A program made the position numbers and the translations under genes. A model generated the notes under the pieces. It worked only from the letters and a program-made list of their open reading frames with translations, did not search any database and was not told the origin of the DNA. A stretch of DNA of 64,000 nt from Eledone cirrhosa (taxonomy: Eukaryota), in assembly GCA_964016885.1 (NCBI GenBank), contig OZ024759.1, forward strand, positions 14,384,001 to 14,448,000, written 5' to 3'. Positions 15,095-28,270 of the stretch are shown here, piece after piece (the first letter of the stretch is position 1; every line of letters begins with the position of its first letter).

Positions 15095-16000
15095 AGTGTG
15101 TGTATGTGTATGTGTGTGTGTGTGTCTGTGTGTGTGTGTCTGTGTATACGTGTGTGTAATTGTGTCTCTGCGTGTGTGTGAGTGTGTGTGTATATATGTG
15201 TGTGTGTGTGTAATTGTGTCTCTGCGTGTGTGAGTGTGTGTATGCGTATGTATGTGTGTGTCTGTGTGTGTGTGTCTGTGTATATGTGTGTGTAATTGTG
15301 TCTCTGCGTGTGTGTGAGTGTGTGTGTGTATATATATATATGTGTGTGTGAGTGTGTGTGTGTGTGTGTGTGTGCGTGCGTGTGTGTCTACGTCCTCCAC
15401 AACCCCGCTCCACCATCTCTCTTCTAGACATTTTAGTTCCAGCTGTGAAGGGAAAGAGGCCACGTGTAAATCCCGTTTAGTAGATATCGTTGAGGGCAGC
15501 ATCCCTGGGGAGGGGAAAGTCGGAGTGAGAGGATGGCACGAGGTTGCTGAGGGTGTCATGCCGGGGATGAATGAGCGAGGGGTGATAGAATGGGATGAGG
15601 GTGTGGAAAGGTTGATAGGGTGGCGTGAGGGTTGTTACGAGGGAGAGCGGGTGGTGAGAGGGGTGAGGGAAGGAAACGACCAGCGCTTGAGGTGGTACAA
15701 CAGCGGGTGGAATGGAAACAGGTCTACTTTAGATGGGTAAAGACAAAAGATGATCACTACGAATTCTCACCTCTCTCACTTGGTTTACCTGTCTCACCTG
15801 TCTTACTTAATCAATAAAGTTAATTACACATTGATTGGTATGCTGATTACAGAACAGACAGACATGATGTGTGTCAACTCATGTAAGTTACTGCTTGATC
15901 AACATGTGTGTGTGTATATATATATATGTGTATGTATGTATATATGTATGAGTATATGTATGTATATATGTACGTATATATATATATATATATATATACT

Positions 16001-16090
<90 letters not shown>

Positions 16091-16115
16091 ATATACATAT
16101 GCATATACATATATA

Positions 16116-16178
<63 letters not shown>

Positions 16179-16193
16179 GCATATACATATATA

Positions 16194-16272
<79 letters not shown>

Positions 16273-16287
16273 GCATATACATATATA

Positions 16288-16369
<82 letters not shown>

Positions 16370-16515
16370 ATAAGGGTTGACGGACCCAGCATATTTATCA
16401 ATGCCAGTACCAGTTGTATCTCAGCGCACTCAATGGGCAATGTAAGATACATTACCAGAGTATACACATAGTTATTTGCCTCAACACAACACGTAAACCG
16501 GGTGTCTATAAGGTT

Positions 16516-16625
16516 CCCGGACTCGAGTTTCTGCCGCACTAATGCAGCAGTAAGGTGCACTGCACCATCTGTCTGCATATATTATGCAACAATGCACAAT
16601 CGGCTTATGCGGCTTCATCAGCGGG
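16516..16625 (-). ncRNA. Type I hammerhead motif with extended stem II
   Basis: CCCG-CTGATGA-AGCCGCA...(~70 nt)...TGCGGCA-GAAA-CTCGAG-TC^CGGG. The element (about 16370-16640) sits between (TA)n tracts. Confidence 0.7.
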
Positions 16626-16693
16626 TATCGCTTAATCATATATATATATATATGCATATGTATATATATATATATATATATACACACACATAT

Positions 16694-16755
<62 letters not shown>

Positions 16756-16921
16756 TTAATTATGTCTCATATAAAATAATACAACTGGCTATCCGCAAAA
16801 TACGTATAGTTAGCACCCCAAACGTATAATTGGGATTATACTAAGGTATATCCTAATGTTTGTTGAGTGAGACGGAAGCCGGTCGGAGTATTGCTTAAAG
16901 CTTTCTCTGTTAATGTATTAA

Positions 16922-16959
<38 letters not shown>

Positions 16960-17097
16960 ATACAATAACAGAGATAGCTTAAAGCTAAACTCTGACTGGC
17001 AACCATCTCACTCAACAAACATTAGGTTATATGTTAGTATAAACCCAATTTAAGTGTTTGGGGTGCTAACTATATGTATTATGTGGAAAGCCAGTTG

Positions 17098-17176
<79 letters not shown>

Positions 17177-17423
17177 TATATACAGGAAAGGTGAGTGCTC
17201 TATGTATGCTACAGAGCTATTTAAATATGTAATAAACAACACAATACAATTCACCAAGACAGGTAAGCTCAACAGAGACGTCTGAAATCGGTCATCAGAT
17301 TAAATTTTTCCTTCTGAGAAACGATTTCAGACGTCTCTATTGAGCTCGTCTGTTTTCGTGAAACCTTTGATAAATAGAATAATTGTATTGTGTTGTTTAT
17401 TACACACACACACAGACACACAG

Positions 17424-17503
<80 letters not shown>

Positions 17504-17514
17504 ATGTATGTGTG

Positions 17515-17563
<49 letters not shown>

Positions 17564-17807
17564 ATGTATTACATAAATTGATATATATATGTATATATAT
17601 TGTATATATCTATATATCTATCTATCTATATAGAATAAATATGGTTTTATAAATATAGATTTCCATTTATTAATATCATTGATATATATATATATATATC
17701 AATGATATTAATAAATGGAAAACTATATTTATGAATTTGTTTAGCAAGATTCTTTATTGGCAACATGACGCTCCCAAAGTATAACAATATATTTATAAAA
17801 CCATATT

Positions 17808-17868
17808 TATTCTATTATATATATTTCAAGGGTACCAAAACTTTGGTACCCTCTCATCAGATAAAATA
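17808..17868 (-). ncRNA. Type I hammerhead motif (family A), left arm
   Basis: Reverse complement of the 18005-18065 motif. Confidence 0.8.
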
Positions 17869-18004
17869 CAAAGTTTGTTTTTTAAATATTGACATATACA
17901 GGAATGAGACCTTAACGGTTCAAGTTTTACCTGACTATCCAGGTAAAACTTGAACCGTTATGGTCTCATTCCAGGATATGTCAATATTTAAAAAACAAAC
18001 TTTG

Positions 18005-18065
18005 TATTTTATCTGATGAGAGGGTACCAAAGTTTTGGTACCCTTGAAATATATATAATAGAATA
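18005..18065 (+). ncRNA. Type I hammerhead motif (family A), right arm
   Basis: TATTTTAT-CTGATGA-GAGGGTACCAAA(GT)TTTGGTACCCTT-GAAA-TATATA-TA^ATAGAATA. Confidence 0.82.
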
Positions 18066-18200
18066 AATATGGTTTTATAAATATAGTTTTCCATTTATTA
18101 ATATCATTGATATTATACCCCAGAAAACTGTCGAGTGCTTCGAATCTGTTATAAATATATACATTTGTTGAATTACCAACAAATTAAATATACCTTTGCT

Positions 18201-18316
<116 letters not shown>

Positions 18317-19026
18317 GGCTGACACGGTATTGTGTAGTAGTGGTTTAAAAATGTAAGTATGTATAAATGAATGTATTTAATATATGTATGTGTATATGTA
18401 TGTATATAGGTATGTATGTGTTTATATATATACATGCATGTTTGTATGTATATATGTATGTATGTATGCATATATGTATGTATACCTTTGTTATCTCTTT
18501 CTCTTAATTTCGAATATATTTTTTTGACCGGCCACCTTCCTGGTGGCAAGGTTGTAAAAGAAAAGAAATTGTCATCCCTTGAATCGCAAGAATGTTTTGC
18601 AAATTTTGAAGGTGCCAGCTATCGCAGCTATGTATGTATGTATGTATGTACGCATGTTTGTCTAATACACTCGACTTCAGCGCTTCACCTTTGCCGCTGA
18701 CTGACTCCACCCATTTAACTATTTAGTATCACGTAAAGAAGCACTGCCTTGATTGGTTAATATGACGAGAGGCGGGAAAACAGTAGCTACTTTCCCCGCC
18801 CACTTTTCTATTTCACTATATTTATTGTCATGTAAATGTTTTGACGTTTAACTCGCTTTCACTGCCAGTTTGTATGTATGTATGTATGTATGTATGTATG
18901 TATGTATGTATGTATGTATGTATGTATGTATGTATGTATGTATGTATGTATGTATCTATGTGTATGTATGTATGTGTGTTTGTGTGTATGTATGTGCGTA
19001 TGTATGTATGTATGTATGTATATATA

Positions 19027-19655
19027 TGTCGGGTCACTCTTGAGTGCTACTGGTAACATGTAACCCAGTACAACCTGTCGCATGGTCGGGACGGCGTTGA
19101 CTAAACCGGCAACCCCACCAAGTTTACTTGGTGAGGAGGGTGATTTTGGACACCCTGCAGGACAAAAAAGAAAACATGACAAAGGGCGGAAGAACTCATA
19201 AGGGTCAACGGCCAACCAAAAGTGTGTAAATATGTATATACACATGTACATATGTATGTATAAGTATATGTGTATATATATGGGTTCATGTGTATGTATA
19301 TGCGCGGGTACATAGACATATCGGGCTGGACACCCAATCGCGCGGTTAAACCACTGGGAGTGAAGGACCCCTAGCCTTTGTCAGGGCATTCTTCTAGGAG
19401 AAGGCAACTCAGGAAAATGGGATAACTCCGATATAAAAGCTGCGGCTCAGTAGTTACCGATGATGTTGATCATTTCTTCTTTTTGGGTTACAGCTACTGT
19501 CGCTCAGAGAGTGGGATTGGCTCAGTGCACAGTGTTTCCTCACTTTAAAAAATATCTTCACGCACAGGCATTGCACGATAGGATTAACTAATAATTATTA
19601 ACAATGGTATATCGTGCAATGGTCATACTCGATAACGAGGGGACAGCCATCATAT
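19027..19655 (+). mobile_element. Non-autonomous bipartite derivative of the RTE LINE (5'UTR fused to 3' terminus, ORF absent)
   Basis: 19320-19580 is near-identical to 58021-58280. It is followed about 35 nt later by GTGCAATGGTCATACTCGATAACGAGGGGACAGCCATCA, the LINE 3' end seen at 62172. Confidence 0.85.
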
Positions 19656-19969
19656 ATATATATATATATATACATATGTGTGTGTATATGTATGCGTGTA
19701 TATATGTATGAATGTATGAATATATATATATATATAAATGTGTGTGTGTGTATGCATATGTGGATGTATATGTATATTTATATCTATATATATATCTATA
19801 TCTATATGAACGTGAACACCTAATTTGGAGTGTCCATGTCTGTGTGTGTTTCTATTCATGTTTATGTGTGTGTTTCTGTGTACATATTTGACTTGGTTAT
19901 TTACTCTCATGTATTCCAGTCGAGATGATCTTGTTTTCTTTTTTAGACATTGCGTACGTCACACATCAC

Positions 19970-20612
19970 TATCTAATGTTCCACTATCACCAAAACCACC
20001 ACCTCCACCACCACCACCACCACCACTATCACCAGCACCCACACCACCACCACCACCACCATCGTCACCACCACCATCATCACTACCACTATCACCACCA
20101 CTACCATCACCACCACCACCACTATTACCAGCACTACTACCACTACCACCACCACCACCAAAACCACCACCACCACCACCACCTCCACCACCACCACCAC
20201 CACCACCGACACCACCACTATCACCAGCACTACTACCACTACCACCACCACCACCACCACCACTACCACCACCACCACAACAACCACCACCACCACCATC
20301 GTCATCACCACCACCACTATCACCATCATTACTACCACCACCACCACCACCATCACAACTACCACCACCACTACCACCACTACCACCGCCACCCCTACCA
20401 CTACCACCACCACCACCACCACCACACACACCACACACACCACCACCAGACACTCACCCCCACCAGACCACCACCACCTCCGCCACCACCACCACTGCCA
20501 CTACCACCACCACCACCACCTGCACCAGCACCAGCACCACCATCACCACCAGCACCACACACACCACCACCACCAGACCACCACCAACACCCCCAGACCA
20601 CCACCACCACCA
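19970..20612. repeat. (ACC)n-rich low-complexity tract
   Basis: Degenerate triplet repeat that gives spurious poly-P/H/V ORFs. Confidence 0.9.
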
Positions 20613-20704
20613 ATTTAATTGATAATATAAAGTCCCAGGCAATTTAATCGTTTGAATAATGTGAGTCTTGAGGTTCGACAAAGATATGAAGTTAATTGTT
20701 TTTT

Positions 20705-20870
20705 TCGGTATATCTCTCTTTATTGATAGTTGATATAACAGTTTATCTATCTTTATTGATAGTTGATATAACAGTTTATCTATCTTTATTGATAGTTGAT
20801 ATAACAGCTTATCTATTTTTATTGATATTTGTTTTGGCAATATATCTATCTTTATTGATGGTTGATATCA
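20705..20870. repeat. 30-bp minisatellite
   Basis: TTATCTATCTTTATTGATAGTTGATATAACAG-like unit, about 5 copies. Confidence 0.85.
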
Positions 20871-21442
20871 CGGAAGTTAGTAGGGTTTCTTTTCTGAAAA
20901 TTCTTCTGGGAGAGTAGAGAAATTGAAAGTGTAAGTTAAAATATATGCATCGGCCAACGATGTCGCTAATTCCAGCTGAATCTTCTGATCCCATACTAAC
21001 ACTGAAAGAAACATTCGATAGTTACTTCTTATCCAGACGTTATTATCTTAGAAAGAAAAAATAATATCAGAATCAGATATGTATCCACATAAAAGGATTA
21101 TGAAATTGAGGTATAGCAATCGTTAATATCAAATTGAGCTAACCTACATTTTACTTCGGTAAAGAGGGATTTAAACCGGGAAATTATAGTGTTGGTATTA
21201 TTCCAGATATGTTAGTAGGAAACTAAATTACGTTGGGGATATGGCAGTGCCCCATTATGGCCTTAACCAGTCGGATGGAACAGCTAAAAACGTAATAGAG
21301 TAATTGTAATTTCAAGGATATGTCCATCAATGATTCTAATGTATATTTTGCTTTGGATAAAATAAATATATTTTATGGTCTTTGATAGTAAATTATGGAT
21401 TCTTGTAATGCGAAACATTATACTTTATTTCTTTCTACATCA

Positions 21443-21942
21443 GGGCGGTGGATTGGCAATATCGGTAGAGAGTCGGATACCAAACTTTGCAACATAGAGT
21501 TAGTCCCTTACGGCCCTTACGTCCTTACAGGGTCGATAAAATAAAGCACCAGTAATACACTGGGGTCGATTTAATCGACCCCCCTCCAAAATTACTGGCC
21601 ATGTGCCTATACTAGAAATCATTATTTCTTTCTCCATCGATCAGAATATTTAGCTCCAGCGTTGACAACATTTAAGGCTGTAAGATTTTTTTTTTCTAAT
21701 TAAAAAATGTATTGGGGATAGTTGGTAATACAGAGGAATCTGAGCTAGGTTGGTTTTGATGATTAACAGTATCGGTAGAGGGTCGGACACCATGTTTTGC
21801 AGCATAGACTTATGGTCCTTTACGGTGTAAGTTCAAATACCGCCGAGGTTAAGCTTTGCCTTTCATCCTTACGGGGTCGATAAAATAAAGTACCAGTAGT
21901 GAACTGGAATAATTGCTGGCCTTGTAGAAAGTAGAAACAATT
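21443..21942 (+). mobile_element. Two SINE copies (21443-21625, 21766-21942)
   Basis: GTATCGGTAGAG head, GGGTCGATAAAATAAAG core, tail. Confidence 0.8.
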
Positions 21943-21949
21943 ATACAGT

Positions 21950-21990
<41 letters not shown>

Positions 21991-22009
21991 GTAATATATA
22001 TGCGTGTGA

Positions 22010-22160
22010 AAGTGCGTGGCGGAGTGGTTAGATAATTGGATTCGCAGTCGTGAGGTTGTGAGTTCGATTCCTGGACCGGGCGATGTGTTATGTCCTTGAG
22101 CAAGACACTTTATTTCACGTTGCTCCTTCCACCTGGATTTGACGAAAGTCAATCGACTGT
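22010..22160 (+). mobile_element. Second tRNA-derived SINE family (CORE-like body), truncated
   Basis: GTGGCGGAGTGGTTAG A-box, GAGTTCGATTCC B-box, GTCCTTGAGCAAGACACTT body. Matches 41572-41785. Confidence 0.8.
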
Positions 22161-22758
22161 CGATATATATATAAATGAATGTGTGTGTGTAGAAAATATC
22201 CGTAGGAGGTGTGAAAAAGGATAACATTGCTCAACCATTCCTCTTTTTCCTCAACCTACAAGTTTATATAGAGAGAAGGCCCAACCACTCGGGCCATCTT
22301 TGCCACATTCACCCACCTTTTATAACATTTGCTGGGGTACAGCACCTCTCTCTCCATCCTGATTCTTCTTCCAAAATGATATTTGAAATAGATAGATAGA
22401 TAGATAAGTAGATAGAGATAGAGAGAGTGAGAGAGGGGAGAGTGAGGAGAACAAGAGGAGGAGGTGGGTGGGATAAAGGGGAGGAGCAGCTGGATCGTGA
22501 AAAAGAGAGAACAATTGTAGCGAAAGACTAAAAGGGGGAGTTAAATGAGGGAAGTGAGGGATGATATATATATACATATATATAAAAATCACGAGCACTC
22601 TATCTCAAAATTATTTTTGAAAAGCATAAGAAATGCGCAACCGGTAAAAACTTAAAAGTAAAATGTGAATACTAACTAATACTTATTTCTAATTTATACT
22701 TATACCTAATTAAACTATTTTTCACTGAGAAAAATTTGTCAGCATTTTCTTTTCCTTA

Positions 22759-22822
<64 letters not shown>

Positions 22823-23102
22823 CTAAATACTAAATAAGTTATAACATCAGCTACTTCATCCTCTCTGCTTTCCTATCTCGCATATTTCTCTAGTAGTCTT
22901 TTAAATATTAAAAAATTCTATAACTGTTATTTTGATGCCATGTATTTCTTAAAATATGTTACTCACACTCTCTCTATTGATTGTATTACGTTTTCTCATA
23001 TTCTCAATATTAGGGTATAAATATTGAGTTTTCTCATAAGTTAATCACTACCTTAATTAAATCTTAACCATCTACCATGTCAGGGTATGTCATGTATCAT
23101 TT

Positions 23103-23169
23103 TATTTTATCTGATGAGGAGGTACTGTTGAACTTAATTCAGTACCTCTGAAATATGTATAATAAAATA
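23103..23169 (+). ncRNA. Type I hammerhead motif (family A-related)
   Basis: TATTTTAT-CTGATGA-GGAGGTACTG(TTGAACTTAATT)CAGTACCTCT-GAAA-TATGTA-TA^ATAAAATA; stems I and II fully paired. Confidence 0.85.
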
Positions 23170-23209
23170 TAATTGATCACAAGAATATCTATTTTGTTAA
23201 TATTTGGAA

Positions 23210-23282
<73 letters not shown>

Positions 23283-23582
23283 CCATGTACTTATACATAT
23301 ATATATATATAAAATTAGAATTGGTGCTCTGAAATATATATATATATATATATGTATGTATATGTACATGTATATATATAGGCTTAAAAAAAAAAAAAAA
23401 AAAAAAATAATAATAGTAATAATAATAATAATAATAGGAAGAAGAAAAAGAAAGCAAGAATGGGGGGAGGGGTTCATCATCAGTTGTCTACTGGGGATCT
23501 CAGATATTTCAACGCTACCTATATATATATACAAGCAGACATACACACATTCAATCACACACACACACATATATATATATAA

Positions 23583-23679
<97 letters not shown>

Positions 23680-23692
23680 TATATATATATAC

Positions 23693-23725
<33 letters not shown>

Positions 23726-23836
23726 AATGTATATATATGTATTATATATGTGTGTGTGTGTGTCATTGAGTGTGTGTGTACATATATATATATACATATA
23801 TATATATGTATATATATATCTATATATATCTATATA

Positions 23837-23868
<32 letters not shown>

Positions 23869-24459
23869 CATATATATATATACATACACACATACACACA
23901 TACACACATACACACACATTGATATATATATATATATATATATATAGCAATGTGTGTGTATGTGTGTATGTATATATACAGAGAGAGGGAAAGAGTGGAC
24001 ATGAATATTGAGGGGAGGAGAGCAAGACGTGTCGGAGGTCGGGTGAGAGAGCAAGAGGAGGAGCGTGAGAGAGGGAGAGAGAGAGAGAGGGGGAGAAGGG
24101 ACAGACTATAGTGAAAGATTGTTAAAGTGGTGGTGGTGTTTGTTGGTGGTGGTGATGGGGAATGGGATTGAGGGTGGTCATGTGGTGGTGGTGGGGATTG
24201 AGGGTGGTCATGTGGTGGTGGTGGTGGTGGTGTTGAGTGAAACAAGGGAGTGAAGCAAGGGGGTGATATAGCGTGAAGCAGGAAAGACTAAAAGATAGGT
24301 TTTAGTTGTGTGAAAGATTTGATTAAAGTCAGGCAGGCTGTTCTCAGTGGTGTGTAGTGTTGTAGTGTTGTTGTAGTGTTGTTGTAGTGTAGTGTTGTTG
24401 TGTTGTCCTGGGACAAAATAGCAGAATATGAATAAGTTAACATCTACACACAGTAAGTT

Positions 24460-24955
24460 ATTTTTATCTTATATCTCATAATATATTTTTATCTTATATC
24501 TCATTATCTTATATCTCATAATATATTTTTATCTTATATCTCATAAAATATTTTTATCTTATATCTCATCTTATATCTCATAATATATTTTTATCTTATA
24601 TCTCATAATATATTTTTATCTTATATCTCATAATATATTTTTATCTTATATCTCATTATCTTATATCTCATAATATATTTTTATCTTATATCTCATTATC
24701 TTATATCTCATAATATATTTTTATCTTATATCTCATTATCTTATATCTCATAATATATTTTTATCTTATATCTCATTATCTTATATCTCATAATATATTT
24801 TTATCTTATATCTCATTATCTTATATCTCATAATATATTTTTATCTTATATCTCATTATCTTATATCTCATAATATATTTTTATCTTATATCTCATTATC
24901 TTATATCTCATAATATATTTTTATCTTATATCTCATTATCTTATATCTCATAATC
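24460..24955. repeat. AT-rich 25/40-bp minisatellite
   Basis: TTATCTTATATCTCATAATATATTT and TTATCTTATATCTCA subunits. Confidence 0.92.
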
Positions 24956-25002
24956 ATTTTATTTTAATATCTTTTATAAATTATTTCTAGTGATCTACCG
25001 TT

Positions 25003-25238
25003 CATCCTTATGGGGGTCGATAAAATAAAGTACTAGTAATGCACTGGGATCGATTGAATCGACTTTCCCCTCCCCAAAAATTGCTGACCTTGAGCCTATA
25101 TAAGAAACCATTATTTATATATTGAGTTCAAATCCCGCCGAGGTTAACTTTGCCTTTCCTCCTGGCGGGATCGATAAAATAAAGTACCAGTAATACACTG
25201 GGATAATTGTGGCCTTGTGCCAAAAGTGGAAACAATTA
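25003..25238 (+). mobile_element. Two tandem 5'-truncated SINE copies
   Basis: Core and tail present twice. Confidence 0.78.
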
Positions 25239-25383
25239 TATATATATATTATATATTTTATACATTTATATCAATGGTAAATATATGTAGAGGCGTGTGT
25301 ATGTGTGTATGTGATTATGTATGTATATATGTATGTATGCATACATGTATATATGTATGTGTGTGTGTATGTGATTATATATG

Positions 25384-25417
<34 letters not shown>

Positions 25418-25679
25418 TGTATGTATGTATGTATGTATGAAGTTTTGAATGCATACATACATAGACACACACATATATATATATTGATACATACATACAT
25501 ATATACATACATACAAACACATACATATACACTTACATACATACATGCATGCACACACATACATATTCATAAATACATACATTCTTACATAATCAACTAC
25601 ATATGTATATACAGGCGATTATCACGGGCATATAAATATTAAATATATAAATATATATATACACACACACACATGTATA

Positions 25680-25733
<54 letters not shown>

Positions 25734-25785
25734 TAATCACTGAAAATATTTGGATGTTTCAACTTGATGAAGAATATCAATGTCT

Positions 25786-25844
<59 letters not shown>

Positions 25845-26013
25845 GTATATTTATATTTGTATATATATGTATATATATATATATATGTATATATATGTAT
25901 ATATATATGTATATATATATGTATATGTGTGTGTTGTGTGTGTATTTATTAAAATAAAATATATTTGATATATCCTTATCGAACCCTCTTCGGATTTTAG
26001 TCTTCACATTTAT

Positions 26014-26052
<39 letters not shown>

Positions 26053-26072
26053 CATGTATGTATGTATTTATG

Positions 26073-26161
<89 letters not shown>

Positions 26162-26164
26162 TTG

Positions 26165-26208
<44 letters not shown>

Positions 26209-26217
26209 TATATATGG

Positions 26218-26251
<34 letters not shown>

Positions 26252-26637
26252 ATATATATATATGTATGCATGTATAAAGGGTGATTAACAACCATTACCT
26301 CCTGTGTAATTAGTATGTAAAAATGTAATGAAAACACACAACACACACACAACAGGCACAGACATACACAACGGATATACAAAATGTGAAGCCTTGGAGT
26401 TCATACATTTCTAGTACTATTATGTATTACATGGAAATAAGAAGAGGTGAAAGGTTAAGGTTTTCAATGGAACAACATGCTATAGTGCGTTGCATACAAT
26501 GTTATTTACATGTAACTTGACATAGATATGGACAAACAGATGTATGAGATTGTTTATGAGTTTATATTTATGTGTTTTTTATGTGTTTGACAGCTCGTTC
26601 GATATGAACTTCAGTTTGCATATGTATGAATGTATAT

Positions 26638-26714
<77 letters not shown>

Positions 26715-26951
26715 AATGGCTTCCCGTTGATTTCTCCCGAATGAAACAGTTCTAGTCCTGTAGAAGCCATCTCTATATTAAATATTAATTATATATTAAA
26801 TATTTATACTCTGCTATGGTTTGAGTACTTTAGTGTGGTTACTCCAGATTGAACCCGGGATAAAATTATATATATATTTATATATATATATATTCTTACC
26901 ACTATATATATAAATAGTGGTAAGAATTGTGTGTATATATATTTAAATATA

Positions 26952-27032
26952 TTTAATAGATTCTGAAGAAATCGTAACAGTAGAACTTTATTTTCCTATT
27001 GTATTCGTTGAAACGTTCGTATATCAATTAAA
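26952..27032 (+). ncRNA. Type I hammerhead-like motif
   Basis: TTTAATAGATT-CTGAAGA-AATCGTAACAGTAG...CTATTGTATTCGTT-GAAA-CGTTCG-TA^TATCAATTAAA, with some mismatches. Confidence 0.55.
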
Positions 27033-27073
27033 TAGTTTAATGCAATTTAACCCAGGTTACTGCTATTCATTAT

Positions 27074-27114
<41 letters not shown>

Positions 27115-27306
27115 AATATGTGTGTGTGTGTGTGTGTATACATATGTATATATATGTAATAGTAGTTAGGGAACAAAGAATCAGTGTTGCATCATATACA
27201 TATATAATCACATATTACATCTGTTTCACTGACGACCAGCTCGAGGAACGATCGATTAGGTTCGTTCCTGACTCTATGTATTTTCACATGAAGACTCACG
27301 CCCAAA

Positions 27307-27440
<134 letters not shown>

Positions 27441-27470
27441 TATATATAAATATATATATATATAGAGAGA

Positions 27471-27575
<105 letters not shown>

Positions 27576-28015
27576 ATATTCTTACATACACACATATATA
27601 TGTATAGATATTTATGTATGTATGTAAGTATGTATGTATGTATGTATGTATGTATGTATGTATGTATGTATTTATGCATGTATGTATGTATGCATATATG
27701 TACGTGTGTGTATATGTATCAAGTTGTAAATATACACTTTCTAAACGAATTTGTGTGACATACTTTTATATTAAAATGTTCTATATCAAAATGTAATTCG
27801 TATAGAGACATATTTTATATGTGTATATAATATAACATATATATATATATATAAAGAATCATAGATGTTTGTATATGATGATGCATATAAAATGGTATGT
27901 AAATGTATATGTGTGTATATATTTATATATGTATATATATATATATATATTATATATATATATATATATATACTTATATATCCGTATATATATGTGTGTA
28001 TTTATATATATATAT

Positions 28016-28090
<75 letters not shown>

Positions 28091-28100
28091 AACATAAATA

Positions 28101-28140
<40 letters not shown>

Positions 28141-28149
28141 TATATATAA

Positions 28150-28270
<121 letters not shown>

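Larger units (their letters stand above)
17788..18085. repeat. 298-bp palindrome (loop ACTATC 17934-17939)
   Basis: Direct reverse-complement match of the arms. Confidence 0.95.

Noticed and set aside
19825-20647. Pro-rich (formin/extensin-like) and His-rich ORFs
   Set aside because: Open in multiple frames on both strands because of (ACC)n; no non-repetitive domain.
22010-22085. tRNA gene (also 41578-41650)
   Set aside because: A and B boxes are present but there is no clean cloverleaf or terminator, and the sequence runs into a SINE body.
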